From positions 54,250,001 to 54,314,000 of the forward strand of contig OZ076413.1 in assembly GCA_964187785.1 (NCBI GenBank): a DNA stretch of 64,000 bases, given 5' to 3'. A program made the position numbers and the translations under genes. Shown here one piece after another: positions 38,699 to 51,777 of this stretch (its first letter is position 1; every line of letters begins with the position of its first letter). The notes beneath the pieces were generated by a model. The model ran no database searches. It was not told the DNA's origin and saw only the letters and a list, made by a program, of their open reading frames with translations. The stretch is from Amphiscolops sp. MND2022. Lineage: Eukaryota.

Positions 38699-38897
38699 CT
38701 GCCGGCGTTGGTGCCGTCTGCCTCGTCACTGGCGCTGCTGGAGGTGAGGTACACCTTGAGAATGGCCACGATGGCGGTCAGACTGGCGAACGAGAAGGAG
38801 ATCCAGCACACGTGGTGCGAGTGACCCAGTCTGTCGTACTCAAACGTGTTCTTGAAGTAGTGCAGGACCACCGTGTTCGCAATCAGCAGAAACGCGA
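38699..38897 (-). CDS. Claudin/PMP22-like gene 1, exon 3
   Basis: tttgcag| ... ag|gtatgc; VVLHYFKNTFEYDRLGHSHHVCWISFSF. Confidence 0.85.
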
Positions 38898-41071
38898 CTG
38901 CAAACAATCACAAATTATGTAATATTTGCTGACTAATAAATTGTGTAGATTCTTATATGTTTGATCATTTCGAGCCCAAGGTCTTTGATTGAATTGAAAA
39001 AAAGACAAGAAGAAGTTGATTATGTTTTTCATCATCCCCGGTAGTCCTACCAACCAATAGATCAGAGATTCAGAGGTGATCTGTAATTACTGTAGAAAGA
39101 AGTTTGAGTCATTTTGAACAGAAAAAGTTCCCAAGTTGTTTATTCTTTGAAGCTATGAGGTGATGACTTTTTTTCTACAAAACTCATAATCAGTTGTCTT
39201 TCCTAAAAAGGCACTATTTAGATGAGTTTTCTGTTCATTTTGCAAAACATTTTCGTCGTTACAACAACGAGTATAATCATTCCCAAAAAAACTGCTAGAG
39301 CTACGGAAACATTCCTCTGTGTATAAATTTTCCGCTAAATTTTCTTCGTTATCTTAGGAAAAAAAATTAGTTTCAGTGGGTTGCATTTTCCTGCCAAATG
39401 GTTTCATTTGTTGGTAAGTTTTCTCACAGTGCAATTGACAATCAGTTGGTCAAGAAGTTATAATTTTAACTTGGAAAACCAGAGTACGCGAGTTTTTGCT
39501 TTCAAAATGAAATATACAGATTGCACTTACTGAGATGACGTACAAAAAAGTTAAAAGTTTAAAAGTTCTCAATCTTTTTTATGTTTGTGCTTGTTTTCAT
39601 GGCTAGCAAGAATTGAAAAATGTTTAAGCATATTAACGAAGACCGGAAGAAATCAAAGTTTCAAAGTTATGATTTTCTGTTTCTACTGAATCACAATTTT
39701 TTTGTTTGTTTTTTCATCGAAAAATAAAATTTCTGAAAATTTCAGAAACTTTTTTCGCTTTTTTTTTTACTTCCGGAGGCTCTAGTGGAATTGATTTATC
39801 AACAATTTTGTGCGCTTTGAGACAAATTAGAATGGTTCGGCCATTCATTTTTTTCGATCGAGTTATTTTTTCACGTGATTATGTTTCAAGGTTTCTCCTT
39901 GCTTGTTAAAGACTACTGATGAGTTTTGAGATGCAATGTGACATTTGTGACGTCACTTGGCTTGAGATGATAATGTTTTCAACAAAGTCCTATTTCGTTT
40001 TTTGGTAACATTTTTTCAGTGGATCTGATTTTTTGATCAGAATATTACACTTTTTTACCAATGCTTAAAATTTTTCTCAATTCAAGCTTCATATCTCAGA
40101 ATTTTTTCTCTCTCAGCAATCTTGGGAAAACGTGGCGATCTGCCCAAGTGTGCAAGTTAGACGCCTAGGGATGTTCCATTGTCTCAAAATTGTCGTAAAA
40201 CAACAGCTTAGATTGCGTTTTATCACCAATTAGATGCAAAATTGACAAGATTTGCGTTGTAATAATAACATCTGGCTGCTCGAGCCCAAAATGTTTCTTT
40301 TTAGGGTGATGAATTGATGCGATTTGTTTGCGGTTAACATTCGAGTTACATTTTAGCGGCATTTGTTTTTGTGTTGAGATTGTTCCAATTATCTGTTATC
40401 TAGTCCTAAAGGTTTTTTGTCCCAGGACAGGAGAGATATTAATGAAACTTTTCCTCAGAATCAAAATTCGTTTTTGTCAGTGTTAACGTTTTTTTTCTAA
40501 AACCTAGTTTCAAAAAGATTCCTCAGCGTAGTTTGAGTTCTTTGATTAGAGACATTTGATACTGAGATCATGTATGACTCCTTTGTTTTCCTCAACAATC
40601 GGGACCAGAGCTTTCACTCCAAGATTCTGTCTAGATTACGAAATGCCTGCAATGGTCATTCTGCGATTTAAATGTTGTTGCATATATTATTTTGCCAGAC
40701 TTATAACTTTCATGGAAAATCAATTGGAAAAACAATTGGATCTAAAACATTGTTTTTTTTTTACAAGAAACCGCAACGCTACCCCCACATCGTTTCACAA
40801 TTATATCACGGGCATCTACGTTGATTACAAAAAACTGCAGTGGGTGCCCTGATATCGGCTTAGAGACTAGATTGCCAATTTAGACATTCCATGCGCAAAT
40901 CAATTTTGCCTCTACGCATTCAACAAAAACCAGTCCTGTTAGAACTCTGATTCATTTAAAAAAGTACTTTTTTGCAAAACCAACGTTTGTCAGCTTAAAC
41001 TGAATTACAACCTCTGATCAAAGATTAGATGCCAAAGGTTTCGATTTGTAGACTATGAATGGGCTACTTAC

Positions 41072-41221
41072 ACTCAACGAAGCATGCCCAGAAGATGGCG
41101 AGAGAGACAGCGACGGAGCGACTCTTGATTCCCAAGATCTGGTACGACAGGATCACAATACTCACGCCCGCCATCGTCAGTGCGATTACATAACACACAG
41201 TGCCCGCTGTCAACTCAGGAT
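41072..41221 (-). CDS. Claudin/PMP22-like gene 1, exon 2
   Basis: catttcag| ... |gtaagt; hydrophobic TM2 and TM3 start. Confidence 0.88.
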
Positions 41222-41933
41222 CTGAAATGGGGAGAACAGTTCATGAACTAAATGAGGTAAAATGCATTTTTAATGATTTACACATAGTATTATGACGTCA
41301 TTCATTGTTAATTGATACCCGCCGTTTAGACAGATGAGCCCCAGATTAAAACGATCATTACACAAAATACGTTTCATGAATACAGTCTTAATAACCGTTG
41401 GCCTTATGTAACTTGAGAATTACAACATTTTTGATGAATTTTTGTGAATGGCATTGAGTTCAAAATCCTGAAAAACTTCTAGCTCTAAAGAATTTTTCAG
41501 AAGATTTGGTCCGAAGAATTTAAACTTTTCCCTTCACCCAGATCGTTTCTTTTGCAACGAAAAAAGTTTTTCTCATGACAATTTTCTTTAAGTACGAAGC
41601 CGGCATGTTCAACAACCACAGTGATTGTCGAAGAAAGTTTCAATGCAAAAACTTAGTGGAAGGTTAGAAAACATTTTTTAACCATCCACTAATGATTTTT
41701 GTCCAATTACTTTTAAAATTTTGCATCGGGCAAATTTTTCTTCTTTAGAGCCGCTCATTTTTTTGGAGCAATGTAAATTTTTTGACCGATGATTTTCCAT
41801 CGAAAATCAGTTGTTGAAGTATAACGAATAGTTTAATCATACGGTTGTTGTTGAAAAGTGCTTCGCCATTGGATTTTCAAACAATATAGGTAAAAACATG
41901 TTTGCTCAATTTGCTAAATAATAAAAAAAATAA

Positions 41934-42105
41934 CCGAACGAAATCCAATATAAACTGCGCAACTTCTAAAAATCAGTAATGTAAAAAATTTTTCTTTAGT
42001 TCAAAATCAACCAAGTGAATTCACTTGGTTAATTTTGAACTAAAGGGAGATTTTTATAATACTGATTTTTAGAAGTTGCGCAGTTTATATGGGGTTTCGT
42101 TTGGG
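41934..42105. repeat. ~170-bp imperfect palindrome centred on GAATTC (42017-42022)
   Basis: Perfect core aaccaagtgaattcacttggtt; outer arms tataaactgcgcaacttctaaaaatcagta / tactgatttttagaagttgcgcagtttata. Confidence 0.9.
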
Positions 42106-42114
42106 TTAACAAAC

Positions 42115-42361
42115 CTCGAATAGGGAGTGGGTTTGACTCCCCAGGTTTGGTGAAGTACCTCCACATTCCCATGCTGTGTAGATCCCCGTCACTCATGTAG
42201 GAATGGGAGTTGTCAGAGCTCTGAATCCTGGTGAAGTAGTCTCCCCTGTTCTCCACCCCCTCAATCCAGGTACCTCCCCCGAGTGCCAGAGCCCCCAGCA
42301 CTATCGCCACTACCTGGCTCACCATCATGAACAGACTCACCCCAATGTTAACGGCGTCCAT
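42115..42361 (-). CDS. Claudin/PMP22-like gene 1, exon 1
   Basis: ATG, TM1, GGGTWIEG...SMGMWRYFT, phase-1 GT donor. Confidence 0.88.
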
Positions 42362-45300
42362 TCTTAGTTAATCACGTGGTCTTCAATCCTGCCAACAAAT
42401 GTGATTGGTTGAGAGGCAGATTTTGATAGAAAAAGAGAAACCGAAAAACTTGTGGTTTGGTGGGGCCCTACTACGATTCGAGAAAAATTGCTGATAAACC
42501 ACAATACACAGGGTTACTTCAGTTTGATTTAGAACCATTTTGATGCTATTAAATTACAATCTTGAGTTGAAAGTCCTACTACGATGAAAAGAATAGTTTT
42601 GCATAAAAACTTGAATCCAGCAGAAATGGAAATATTCCAGTAGGCGTGAAAACAGACCAATTTAACGCTCAATTGGCATTAAATTGTTATGAAGTTTTTC
42701 AACGGGTTTTGAAAAAAATGCAGACACTCTTGTTTTTGAGGTTTAGTTCGTTTCGGCAATGTAAGACAATACACTTTTGAAAAAAAAATGATCCCAGTGT
42801 TTCAACCTCTGTGCAAGACAATCTTCTAATTAAATGACTACTTGAAATTCTGTTTGGACCAAGTTTTATGAGGTATTGCTTGAATCTGTTTTTGACTTGA
42901 ATGTAACTTTTAAGTCTATTCTTCCAGAAATGCTCGGCCTAAATATCCACATTGAGCGAAAAAGTAAATTTACTAATCTATTAAACTGGAATATCGTAAA
43001 AGCCTGCTCACATAGCCAAAAATGCATCCCAAAAATCTCAAATTCACCTTTTGACTTTTTCCAACAATAAGCAATGAGCTATTATAGTTTTTATAGTTTT
43101 TATAGTGGTAATTTTTAATTTTGTTGAGAGCTTTCGCTCTGCCACAAGGAAACCGATTTTTTCAAGAAATTTGGCCATTCTTTATCGCTAAAAACTGTTC
43201 ATTGGGATGTCATTTTGCTCTAATGAATTCTCCTTAATGGTTTGAAGACCGCAATAGTTTCTAATAAATGTCAAGAAAGTTTTGCCAAAATAATTGATAG
43301 TAGGCCTATCATAGCTTTTGAGTCTAGGATTATTCTTATTCACAGTGGATTGTTAAAAAACTATTGCAAATAAACATGTTCCGTTACTGTTCCGGGTCGT
43401 CCAGTTAACGTATATGCAAAAAATGCTCAGAAAAACCAATTCAATAGTTTTTAACCTGAAATTGCAAAAACCTTTTTTCACTAGGCGAAATACCAAAATA
43501 TTAATGTTTTTAAAGGGAATTCTGGAACATTTTTATATTCTTTTATATCATCAATCAAAATAAAACACTAACTTTTGCAGAATTGCTTTTAATATTGCTT
43601 CTTTGTGCTATAACATGGAAAAAATTGTGAAGCGGATTGAGAGAAATATAAAGTGCGAAAAATAACCCAACGATGAAGAAACGAAAAATACGTGACAGAA
43701 TAACCAGGAAGCAACGTAGTCGTATGCAAACGTTGAAAAATGGTCGATTTTCGAAGCAGAATGAAAATGCGCGTTTTTTACCGCTTTTAGCGCTTTTGTG
43801 TTTGAATTTTGCTGGTAAGTCTCAGGGAATTGAATACTTTTGTTTTTTTTTTCACTGTCTCTTGAATAATAAATGCATATATATTTTACGTACTTTTCCT
43901 GCGAGGAAAGATGCGTCGTTTCGTGTGTCGGTTCTGAATACAAGCAACGAATCGAAGATGGATGCGAAAAAAGCGAAGCTGCTGAAATGTTTCCGTTTTA
44001 GAAGAGAGCACACATCATTTTCTCCGTTTATCTGCGGAACCAGAACGCTTTTAAGCTGCAACGCCAATTAATCCATCTCCATGTTTAGTTATACAGCACC
44101 TTCGTTTTCGCTGTGTGTACAATTGCGCATAAAAATATGCAAATCCGAATGTTAAAAAAGCAAAGAAAATAATTGTACAGTTTTTCATTTTAAGGAGTAA
44201 TGAAAAATGGCGCGCTGTATGGCATGTGTGTTTAACCGGTTTGGAAACATACCACGAGATTTTACCAGGATATGTACACCATATTTGATTTTACTCGATG
44301 CTGCTTCGTTGAAGATAGAAACGAATAAAAAGCCGAGTTCGTATACTTGAAAGATGACGATGACTAATTGAAACCATTTTTAGACCATGGTGTAATCACG
44401 TGGTATTTTCGTGCGCAGCTGCGTACAGCTCCTATAGCCGTGGACTTTCTCGTTGTAACAAAAATACGGAAAAGCAATAAAATTTTGATGCTTGAAAAAA
44501 GGATGTTTTCATTCAACAAAACGAGTTTGAACAATCATTGAAGCGTTTATTGAAATATTGGTTTATATAATCGTCTCCAATAAAATAGACGTTCTCCAAG
44601 GAATGATATTTCTCATGTACAGATAAAAGATGCCTCGGAAGCATTAACATGTAGACAAATTCAAAATGGAGTGCAACATTTAGTGTCTGGAATTTCAGAT
44701 AGTCTTCGCATGCAAAATCTATACCATGATGCGTTTGAACTGAATTGTAATTTCATTTGAAAATGAAACGCAAATTCACAAACAAACGAGACCGGAACGG
44801 CCCGAGCGGTCACCACGCCCAAGGTTTAAGAACAACAAAGTTCTTCAAAGTGTTTCAGCAGCCGCCGCTATCGAGAATATTCGAAACAGTCGAACAGTGC
44901 TCAAGAAATCAAAAGAGACCTTTGAGCTCTTCGCTTTCACGTAGTGCCAAAAATATAAAACCTTTAAACGTTTAGGACAAAAGCTTGTTTCAAACAATCT
45001 CACCGTGCCAAAAAAAAACTTCTGTTTCATTGAAAAGAAAAACACTCCGATCACCAGAAAAGGACCATCTGAATGTGTTTTGGGTTTTCTATTTGTCCAT
45101 ACGTGACGTACAGAAAAGTTGACTGAGCGTACTTTCGTTGAGGTTAAAAAACTAGACGTTGTAATGGTAGGTTTTGCCCAAAAACTGTGGATATTTCAAC
45201 CATCTAGTCGGGTTGAATAATTCAGATCAAGTTTTGGTACTTTGAAAAATACAAACACCAGATTTCTTTATCGAACGACATACAATATCTAGCTACTTAT

Positions 45301-45949
45301 TCTGTTGTTAAAGTTTGTGAATAGTATCCAAAAAAGAGCACCGACTTAGAACTGCTTATTTGGCGACCCTCCCCCCGGCAATGGGGAAAAAACCTAATAA
45401 TTTTTATAACAACGAACACGTTCAACAAATTGACGACGATAATGTCAAAAGTGAAAGTATTTTCTTCGTTTGAGTGTTTCTTGAGAAATTTTGTTTTCGG
45501 GAAATATTATCGAAAAAAATCACAATTTTCCACAATTGCATATTCTTAGCTTTCGGAATTACATAAATTCTTGCTAACTTTGCTTTTTTGCTAAGCATTG
45601 CAAATTTTGCAAAATCGCTACAATGCCTTTTATTTCTTAAAACAATTTTTGTTGAGTCTGATCGTATGAAATTTTCACTCAAAAGCGATAGCCCCTTTCC
45701 ATTGACTAAATTCCAGAAATATTTTGACCGAACAATCATTCAACACTTATTTGAATCTTTTCGATTCACATTCATTCGAAAAGCCCAACAGTCATTATTG
45801 TTTCGTAAAACATGTTACTTTAAAGACCAGGGGTTGATCAAAAACTTTTTCGCCACCGCGTTTCCTGGATGTTTTAGTCAAATTGGGTGTTTTTAGCGGT
45901 TTCGTTGAATTTGTAAGGACCTATTTTGTTTCTTTGTTTGTATTTTTTG

Positions 45950-47930
45950 AAAGGTTCTCCCAGTACGTCCTGACTCAGGATCCGTGAGAAGAACCCCCAT
46001 CTACACCTCTGCCCAAGGGTTTGATGTCTCTACAAAAGAGGTGACCTAACTCGGACTGGGTCTATTAGGCGGTTTCTTGAATTGAATGATTTCTTATGCT
46101 GGCGTATCCGGGTTACAAGATTCACCTGGAAGCAGTTCAAGATAACAACCCAGTTCTGCTTTAAACAACTAGACTGCCGTTTTTCATACACTAATATTTA
46201 TGTGCGATCGTAAGCAAATGAACTATTTAGGACCACTGATAAAAAAGATTTTTTGGGACAACTGGAGGATTTTGACTAGGCACTTCGCTGTTCCGTCGAT
46301 TGTTGGAACAGTACAATGTCACCAGGTTTCCGGACTGCAGCGTGGTTCGCATGCAGTCTGTGGTAACTTTGGCAAAAAATTCACTGGACCGCTCCAGACA
46401 TGTGAAATGAGATATAATTACCGTTTTCTTCTCTGAGATTATAGTCTCAATTACGATTTTGTTGAACCCAATAGTCTCGTTCAGTTGTTCCAGCAACGCA
46501 GTGAGTGAAATTCTACTGAAGAATCCGCAGCTGTTGACCTCCTCTTCCGTCTTCGGATTGCATGATTGACAACAATGGTTCAAGTGTGGGAATGGTAGAA
46601 CTTTAGGAAATTGTATTATTACTTCAAAGGACTGGCTTTGAAGCACCAGCGGATGGATGGAGCAGTTCGTTAGATTTCAACGCTGCGAATGTGTGCTGTG
46701 AAGGTGGCATCTTGATTTGCGGATCATCAAAGATCACGAGTTTCGTGTTTTTTTTTTCAACGATGGTTCTGATTCTACTAAAGTAATGTGTGCTGGCTTC
46801 GACTTCATTCTTATCCCTGTAACGCAATAACGCAACCTTCAGAATACTGAAATCCATGTTGTTCATCTCAGATCTTTCGTTAGCTGGATCCTGGTCCGGT
46901 TTGGGTGCGTTTGAATTTTCAACGTCATGAATGTGTTTGTATCCCTATTATCATCAGCGAAACATTTTCAGTTTTGATAAGTTCAATGTTGCGTTGACAG
47001 CTCTCAGTAACAGAAGTAACAGAAGTAGTCGCAGCATAAGTACTTGTGGACCTTCGGAATTCCCATTAACCATTGAGGAGGTTTGATATTTCACAACAAC
47101 AGATTGGGGTCATTCTATGATGAACATTTTGATCCACTTGTGTAATTTATCTCTCAAGCCACTGTTGTCTTGTTTTAGTTGAAAATTGAAAAAACCTTTA
47201 ATGAACTCTTTAGCGGAGTCAAGGTAGATGACATCAGCGTTTATGCGAGTTTCAAGAACCTGTTATCCTTCATTATGGTAAGGGAGGAGCTTGCTGAGGC
47301 ACGACCAACCTTACTGGAAACCATGTTGAGAATAGTAGGACTAAGTTTTCCGAATAATCCATTCAAAGGCTTTGACTCCAAAAAAAGTCAAGGCTACTGG
47401 TCTGCAGTTTTTTTGCGTTAAACAAACATTATTAGAATTATCAGAGCGTGTTCGAGTGTATTTGGAGCGCCATGCAATTTGGCCAAATAATTGATGATGG
47501 TTATCAATATGGTTATCAGGTGATTTAATGCAATGCTTGGACAACGTCTTCATCATCAATCTAAATGCCTTCAACGGTTACGGAAACCACCGTGTTTCGA
47601 GAGCGTAGCTTTTCCGACGGTACTGTGTAGACGGAAGAATATTGCAAAGATTTTATTTCAGCGAACATATCTGAGTCTTGCCTTAGTTTCATTTTTACCG
47701 GTTTTCAGTGAACCCACCAATGTTTCGTTTGTCGGAAAGCAACTTTTGAAGCTTTGCAGTAATTCGGATTGGATTTGACTGCATTGACAGTTTCTTTTTC
47801 TCTATCTAAAGTTTTTTGACGGTGGATCATCATGAGCACCATGTCCAAACGAATATAATTTGTTCTGTAACGATTTGTGCTTGGCAGACGATTGCATTTT
47901 CGTCGACGTGTTAGTTCTTACCTTTTCCGC
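45950..47930 (-). mobile_element. CR1-type LINE ORF2 remnant (RT)
   Basis: AVKSNPNY, NCRPVALT...KAFE, QHGFQ*GWSCL, DVIYLDSAK, FADD (46950-46961), PHLNHCCQSCNP. Confidence 0.8.
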
Positions 47931-48359
47931 GCGTTCTGACTCCGTGGTTTTTTTGTTCAGTTTTCTCAGTGAAACATAGTCTCTTACAAACGTTTACAAA
48001 CGTGTTACATCGATCAGATGTTTTAGTCTGGCCCGTGTCACAACGCCACTGTTGTGTTGGAGCCATGGGGCAATTCGTAAGGAAACTAGAAACTGCCGAA
48101 CCCGATTTTTAGCAGATTATCAACTTTACTTGTTCAACAAGGACTATATACTAATCCCCCTAACATCATCTTTTAGTCATGTAATTTCATATATGTTGTT
48201 CTTATTTCAAACTGAGTTCTGTTTTACATTGCTATACACTTGAAGTATTAGAAGCGTAAATTTCATTCATCATTAGGTACTGATCTGACTCATAATTTTT
48301 GTTCACACAGTTCGTGAGAGCTAAATTTATGCTAATATGTGGAACTTGAACAAATTATA

Positions 48360-48630
48360 CGTCACTATGCGGATCGAGATGTGACGACTATACGTCACTA
48401 TGCGGATCGAGGTGTGACGACTATACGGCAGTATGCGGATCGAGTAAAGACGAGTATGCGGCAGTATGCGGATTACAGACGAAGAGTATGCGGCAGTATG
48501 CAGATTACAGTTGAAGAGTATGCGGCAGTCTGCGGATCGAGTAAAGACGAGTATGCGGCAGTATGCTGAATACAGATGAAGAGTATGAGGCATCCTGCGG
48601 TTCGAGCAGTGACGTATCTTCGTCATTATG
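48360..48630. repeat. Degenerate minisatellite of tatgcgg(atc/cag) units
   Basis: Recurrent tatgcggatcgag / gagtatgcggcagtatgc. Confidence 0.8.
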
Positions 48631-48783
48631 CGTTTTTACCTGGATTAGCTATATAAAGTAACTACGTGATTCTTTGGTATCGGATAACTTTTGAAATACA
48701 TTTCCTATGATATTTAGTGCTATTTCTAGGGTTCTACCATTCGCTTTTCCATTCGTGTTTGGGGTATCATGCATTGAAAATTA

Positions 48784-48785
<2 letters not shown>

Positions 48786-48828
<43 letters not shown>
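48786..48828. repeat. (TA)n microsatellite
   Basis: About 20 TA units. Confidence 0.95.
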
Positions 48829-48833
<5 letters not shown>

Positions 48834-48989
48834 TATGACGTTATTTGACGTAATTCTATTATTGTTTTTTCTGAGGAATGACTTCAGGAAAAAGGAGTGT
48901 CATGATATCATTTTTGGAGCTATTTTGCTGTAATTTAAAAACCCGGATCATAACAAAAACTACTTTCGACAAGTGCAGTCGTTCCACGA

Positions 48990-49352
48990 ATTGACTTCTT
49001 TCCATACCTACAAATCCTTCGTACCGTCAATTTCATACTCTCTAATTTGATTTCCTTGAATTTGCTAGACAATTCAAATTCTTCCCCAAAAGGCCAGAAC
49101 CTATTTTCTGTTGAGCAAAGGTGGGAAAAGAAGAAACAGGAGACAAGTGATATTGAAAAAGACCTTCGGGATCCAAAAATGAGAAGTCTATAGGAGTTCG
49201 CGCATCAGAAAACGAAAACTCAGATTCCGAAAACGACGATTATTCTCTTAGAGCTTCAAAAATGAAAAACCTAAAACATCCAGTCAAATCATTGTACCAA
49301 AACGAACTGAACTTAGAAGACGGAATAGTAGCTTCAGAAGAGGATTATCACA
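48990..49352 (+). mobile_element. Possible 3' end of a fourth LTR family
   Basis: Acidic frame RASENENSDSENDDYSLRASKMK...ASEEDYH ending ...TATCACA, like the LTR-terminal ORFs of A, B and C; no partner copy in the window. Confidence 0.3.
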
Positions 49353-49499
49353 GCCCGTTTGACTTTCTGCTGAAATAGGCAATCCAAAATTAGATCAAGA
49401 GGTCTTCATCCTGTCACTTCTTTCACAAGTTGGATCGAAGGATTTCAGAACTCGGAATCCACTTTATTGAAGAAGAAAATACTCTCTGATTTTTGTTGT

Positions 49500-49810
49500 G
49501 GTTGTTACTTTATGCATCCAGTGGCCAAATACCTTTTGCAGGCAATGGTAATGAACACGAGATCTAGTGTGTTTCAATCTTCATTAGTTGGCTCAGCAAA
49601 AATGCGGGAAGTAAAAATCAGCATGAAGAATTTCTTGTTTTCTACAATTTCGCAGATTTCCTCAATGTCCAACTTGCTCTAATACCAATCAAATTTTGAG
49701 GAGATGAAGTCTTCTCCAGAATAAAGGTCTGGAAGGAAACTATCCAAAAGTCCGTGAATGGCATTGCCTCGTTGTCTATACCCAAAATCAGGTTAACGGT
49801 TTTAATATAT
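49500..49810 (-). pseudogene. LINE endonuclease remnant
   Basis: LILGIDN-like and EPTNED*NTLDLVF motifs; same strand as the RT remnant at 46-48 kb. Confidence 0.45.
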
Positions 49811-49831
49811 GAAGTAAAGCTTTGACATTGG

Positions 49832-51764
49832 TGTCACAGCCCCAGCTAAGCTGTGAGAGTTGCCACGTAGTAAGCGCAGTCTACGAAGAAGGAAATTGGG
49901 ATTAGAATGAAAGAGAGAAAAGGCAAGTGAAATAACTGATATACGACTAATATGAATATATAGTTATTGGTTAAAATTATTTCGGGGCTAAAATTATATT
50001 TATATAAGTATATATATTAATACTTACATACAAGAACATATAAATACTCACCCAGCGTGCTAACAAGTGCAGTTACTAATATTAAAACAGTGCTATGTAA
50101 CTAATAATAATCAAATCACACCGCTTAGCAAGCGACCTGAGGTATTTATGGCGGAACTGCGGCCTGGCAGCCGGCCTGAGAATTGTGCTGTGAAGCGCCG
50201 GCCTGGCGATTGGCCTGAAATCAAATACGCTGTGCGCTGCTAACTAACAGCGTTGTGCATTATTATTGAACGAATAATAATTCACTAGAGCATTTCGCAT
50301 ACAAATTGAACGATGCTATGAATATAAATGTGCAAGCGATTGAATGAGAGCAACAATCGACTGAAAGTTGAAGACCACGGCCTGAGACACGGCCTGAAAA
50401 TAAAACGAACAGAAATCCATTTTACATGGAAAATGATGATGCTAACAATGATTTCCTATCTTTCCCAATGAAACCACGAACCAATACTCATGATCTGAGA
50501 CGGTAATCGTTAATTTGCATGTTTTATATAACTGTTCTGTTCATGTAGCCATATTTGAATTCCAAACGCACCAAGCCGCGGCCCAGGCCTCGGCCTGAGA
50601 CCAAAATCCCCGACCACCTAAATTTGGCAAATAACCGGTGATATGTATTATTTTTCGGACCAAATCTCCATCCTGTTGAATTTACCTGATGTAGACAGTG
50701 CATTAAAATCATCCATCTCATGTAAAACTTTATATGTTGTTATTTAACCTTTAATATTGAAACACGCATGTTCCCTAAAAATCTCAGGACGCAGCCTGGG
50801 ATTAAGGATTATTCATTTGGGATAATCAATGTCTCAACGCCTTTACCAGGCGACTTTACCAATTAATTTGCAGCTTTGTTGATATAATCGTTATGTTGAG
50901 CAGTATCTGAACTAATTAATCTAAGGTGGAGATTTTTCATTTCCCACTTAGAATATTGTTGAAGCTTTTCCCATCTTTTCGTCCTTTCGGCGTGAAGTAT
51001 TGAATCACCTGTGCTTTTTACCGCCGAATTCAGCTTCGGCGTCATGAAGAGGCGGGAATTGGAGGAGAAGAGAAGCGGAGTCGCAACTCAGACAGGAAGT
51101 GGACGCGTGCTTTCCTCGGAAAGCATGAACAAGCTGAGAGTCTGAGTTCGACAAAGCGGAACTGAACTTCCGGTTTCCCTGCCTCGGAAGGACGCCGGGC
51201 TGAAGGAAGCGTGAAAGCGTGATGGGTTTTTTCCCGCTCACGCAAGTGCGGAAAGTATATTTGTTGAAAATTTTTAAATAATTTCAATTGAAAATTGTTA
51301 ATCTCACTCGAAAACAACCTTGTTCTTTTAATCTTTGAAATCAATAAACCTTGAAACTTCCAACTTTCTCTACTTAACAGTTTAAGTCTGCAAGATTCAA
51401 AAGTCAAGAATGCCTGAAAGATCTTCGAAAAGGAAAGCAAGGAGAGATTCAGTATCTAGCTCCATCGGTGAACCAGAAACATCTAGCCTAAGGACAGAGA
51501 ACAACCCTAGTGTTTCCGACGAGAATTTTTCGGAACTGTCAGAGAAGATAGAAAAATCTGTCAACCGTCGAATCAAGGATGCTGAAGTAGGACAAAGAGA
51601 AATATTGAGGATGATCGAAAACTTATCATCTACAATCGATACCTTTTCAGACAAGTCCTCTTCGAACGCGAACCATAAAACGATCAATCTTGATCCGACC
51701 GAACCTGGTCCATCCGCACAAAGAGAAGATATTTACGAGTTGACCCAAAGTCAGGGTCAACACA
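49832..51764 (+). repeat. 5' LTR of element C (~1.93 kb)
   Basis: TG...CA ends; first ~430 bp match 63573-64000; followed by the PBS. Confidence 0.85.
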
Positions 51765-51777
51765 TGGTGACAGGAGT
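51765..51777 (+). promoter_or_regulatory. Primer-binding site, tRNA-Leu-like
   Basis: TGGTGACAGGAGT. Confidence 0.8.

Noticed and set aside
43400-45300. Promoter elements (E-boxes) or ORFs upstream of gene 1
   Set aside because: Short motifs expected by chance; ORFs are low-complexity with no recognisable homology
46624-46866. ORF with LVIFDD resembling a Walker B motif
   Set aside because: It is an off-frame reading of the CR1 RT C-terminal region; no Walker A
48360-48630. CRISPR-like repeat-spacer pattern
   Set aside because: Eukaryotic context; the spacers are themselves repeats; no cas genes; it is a minisatellite
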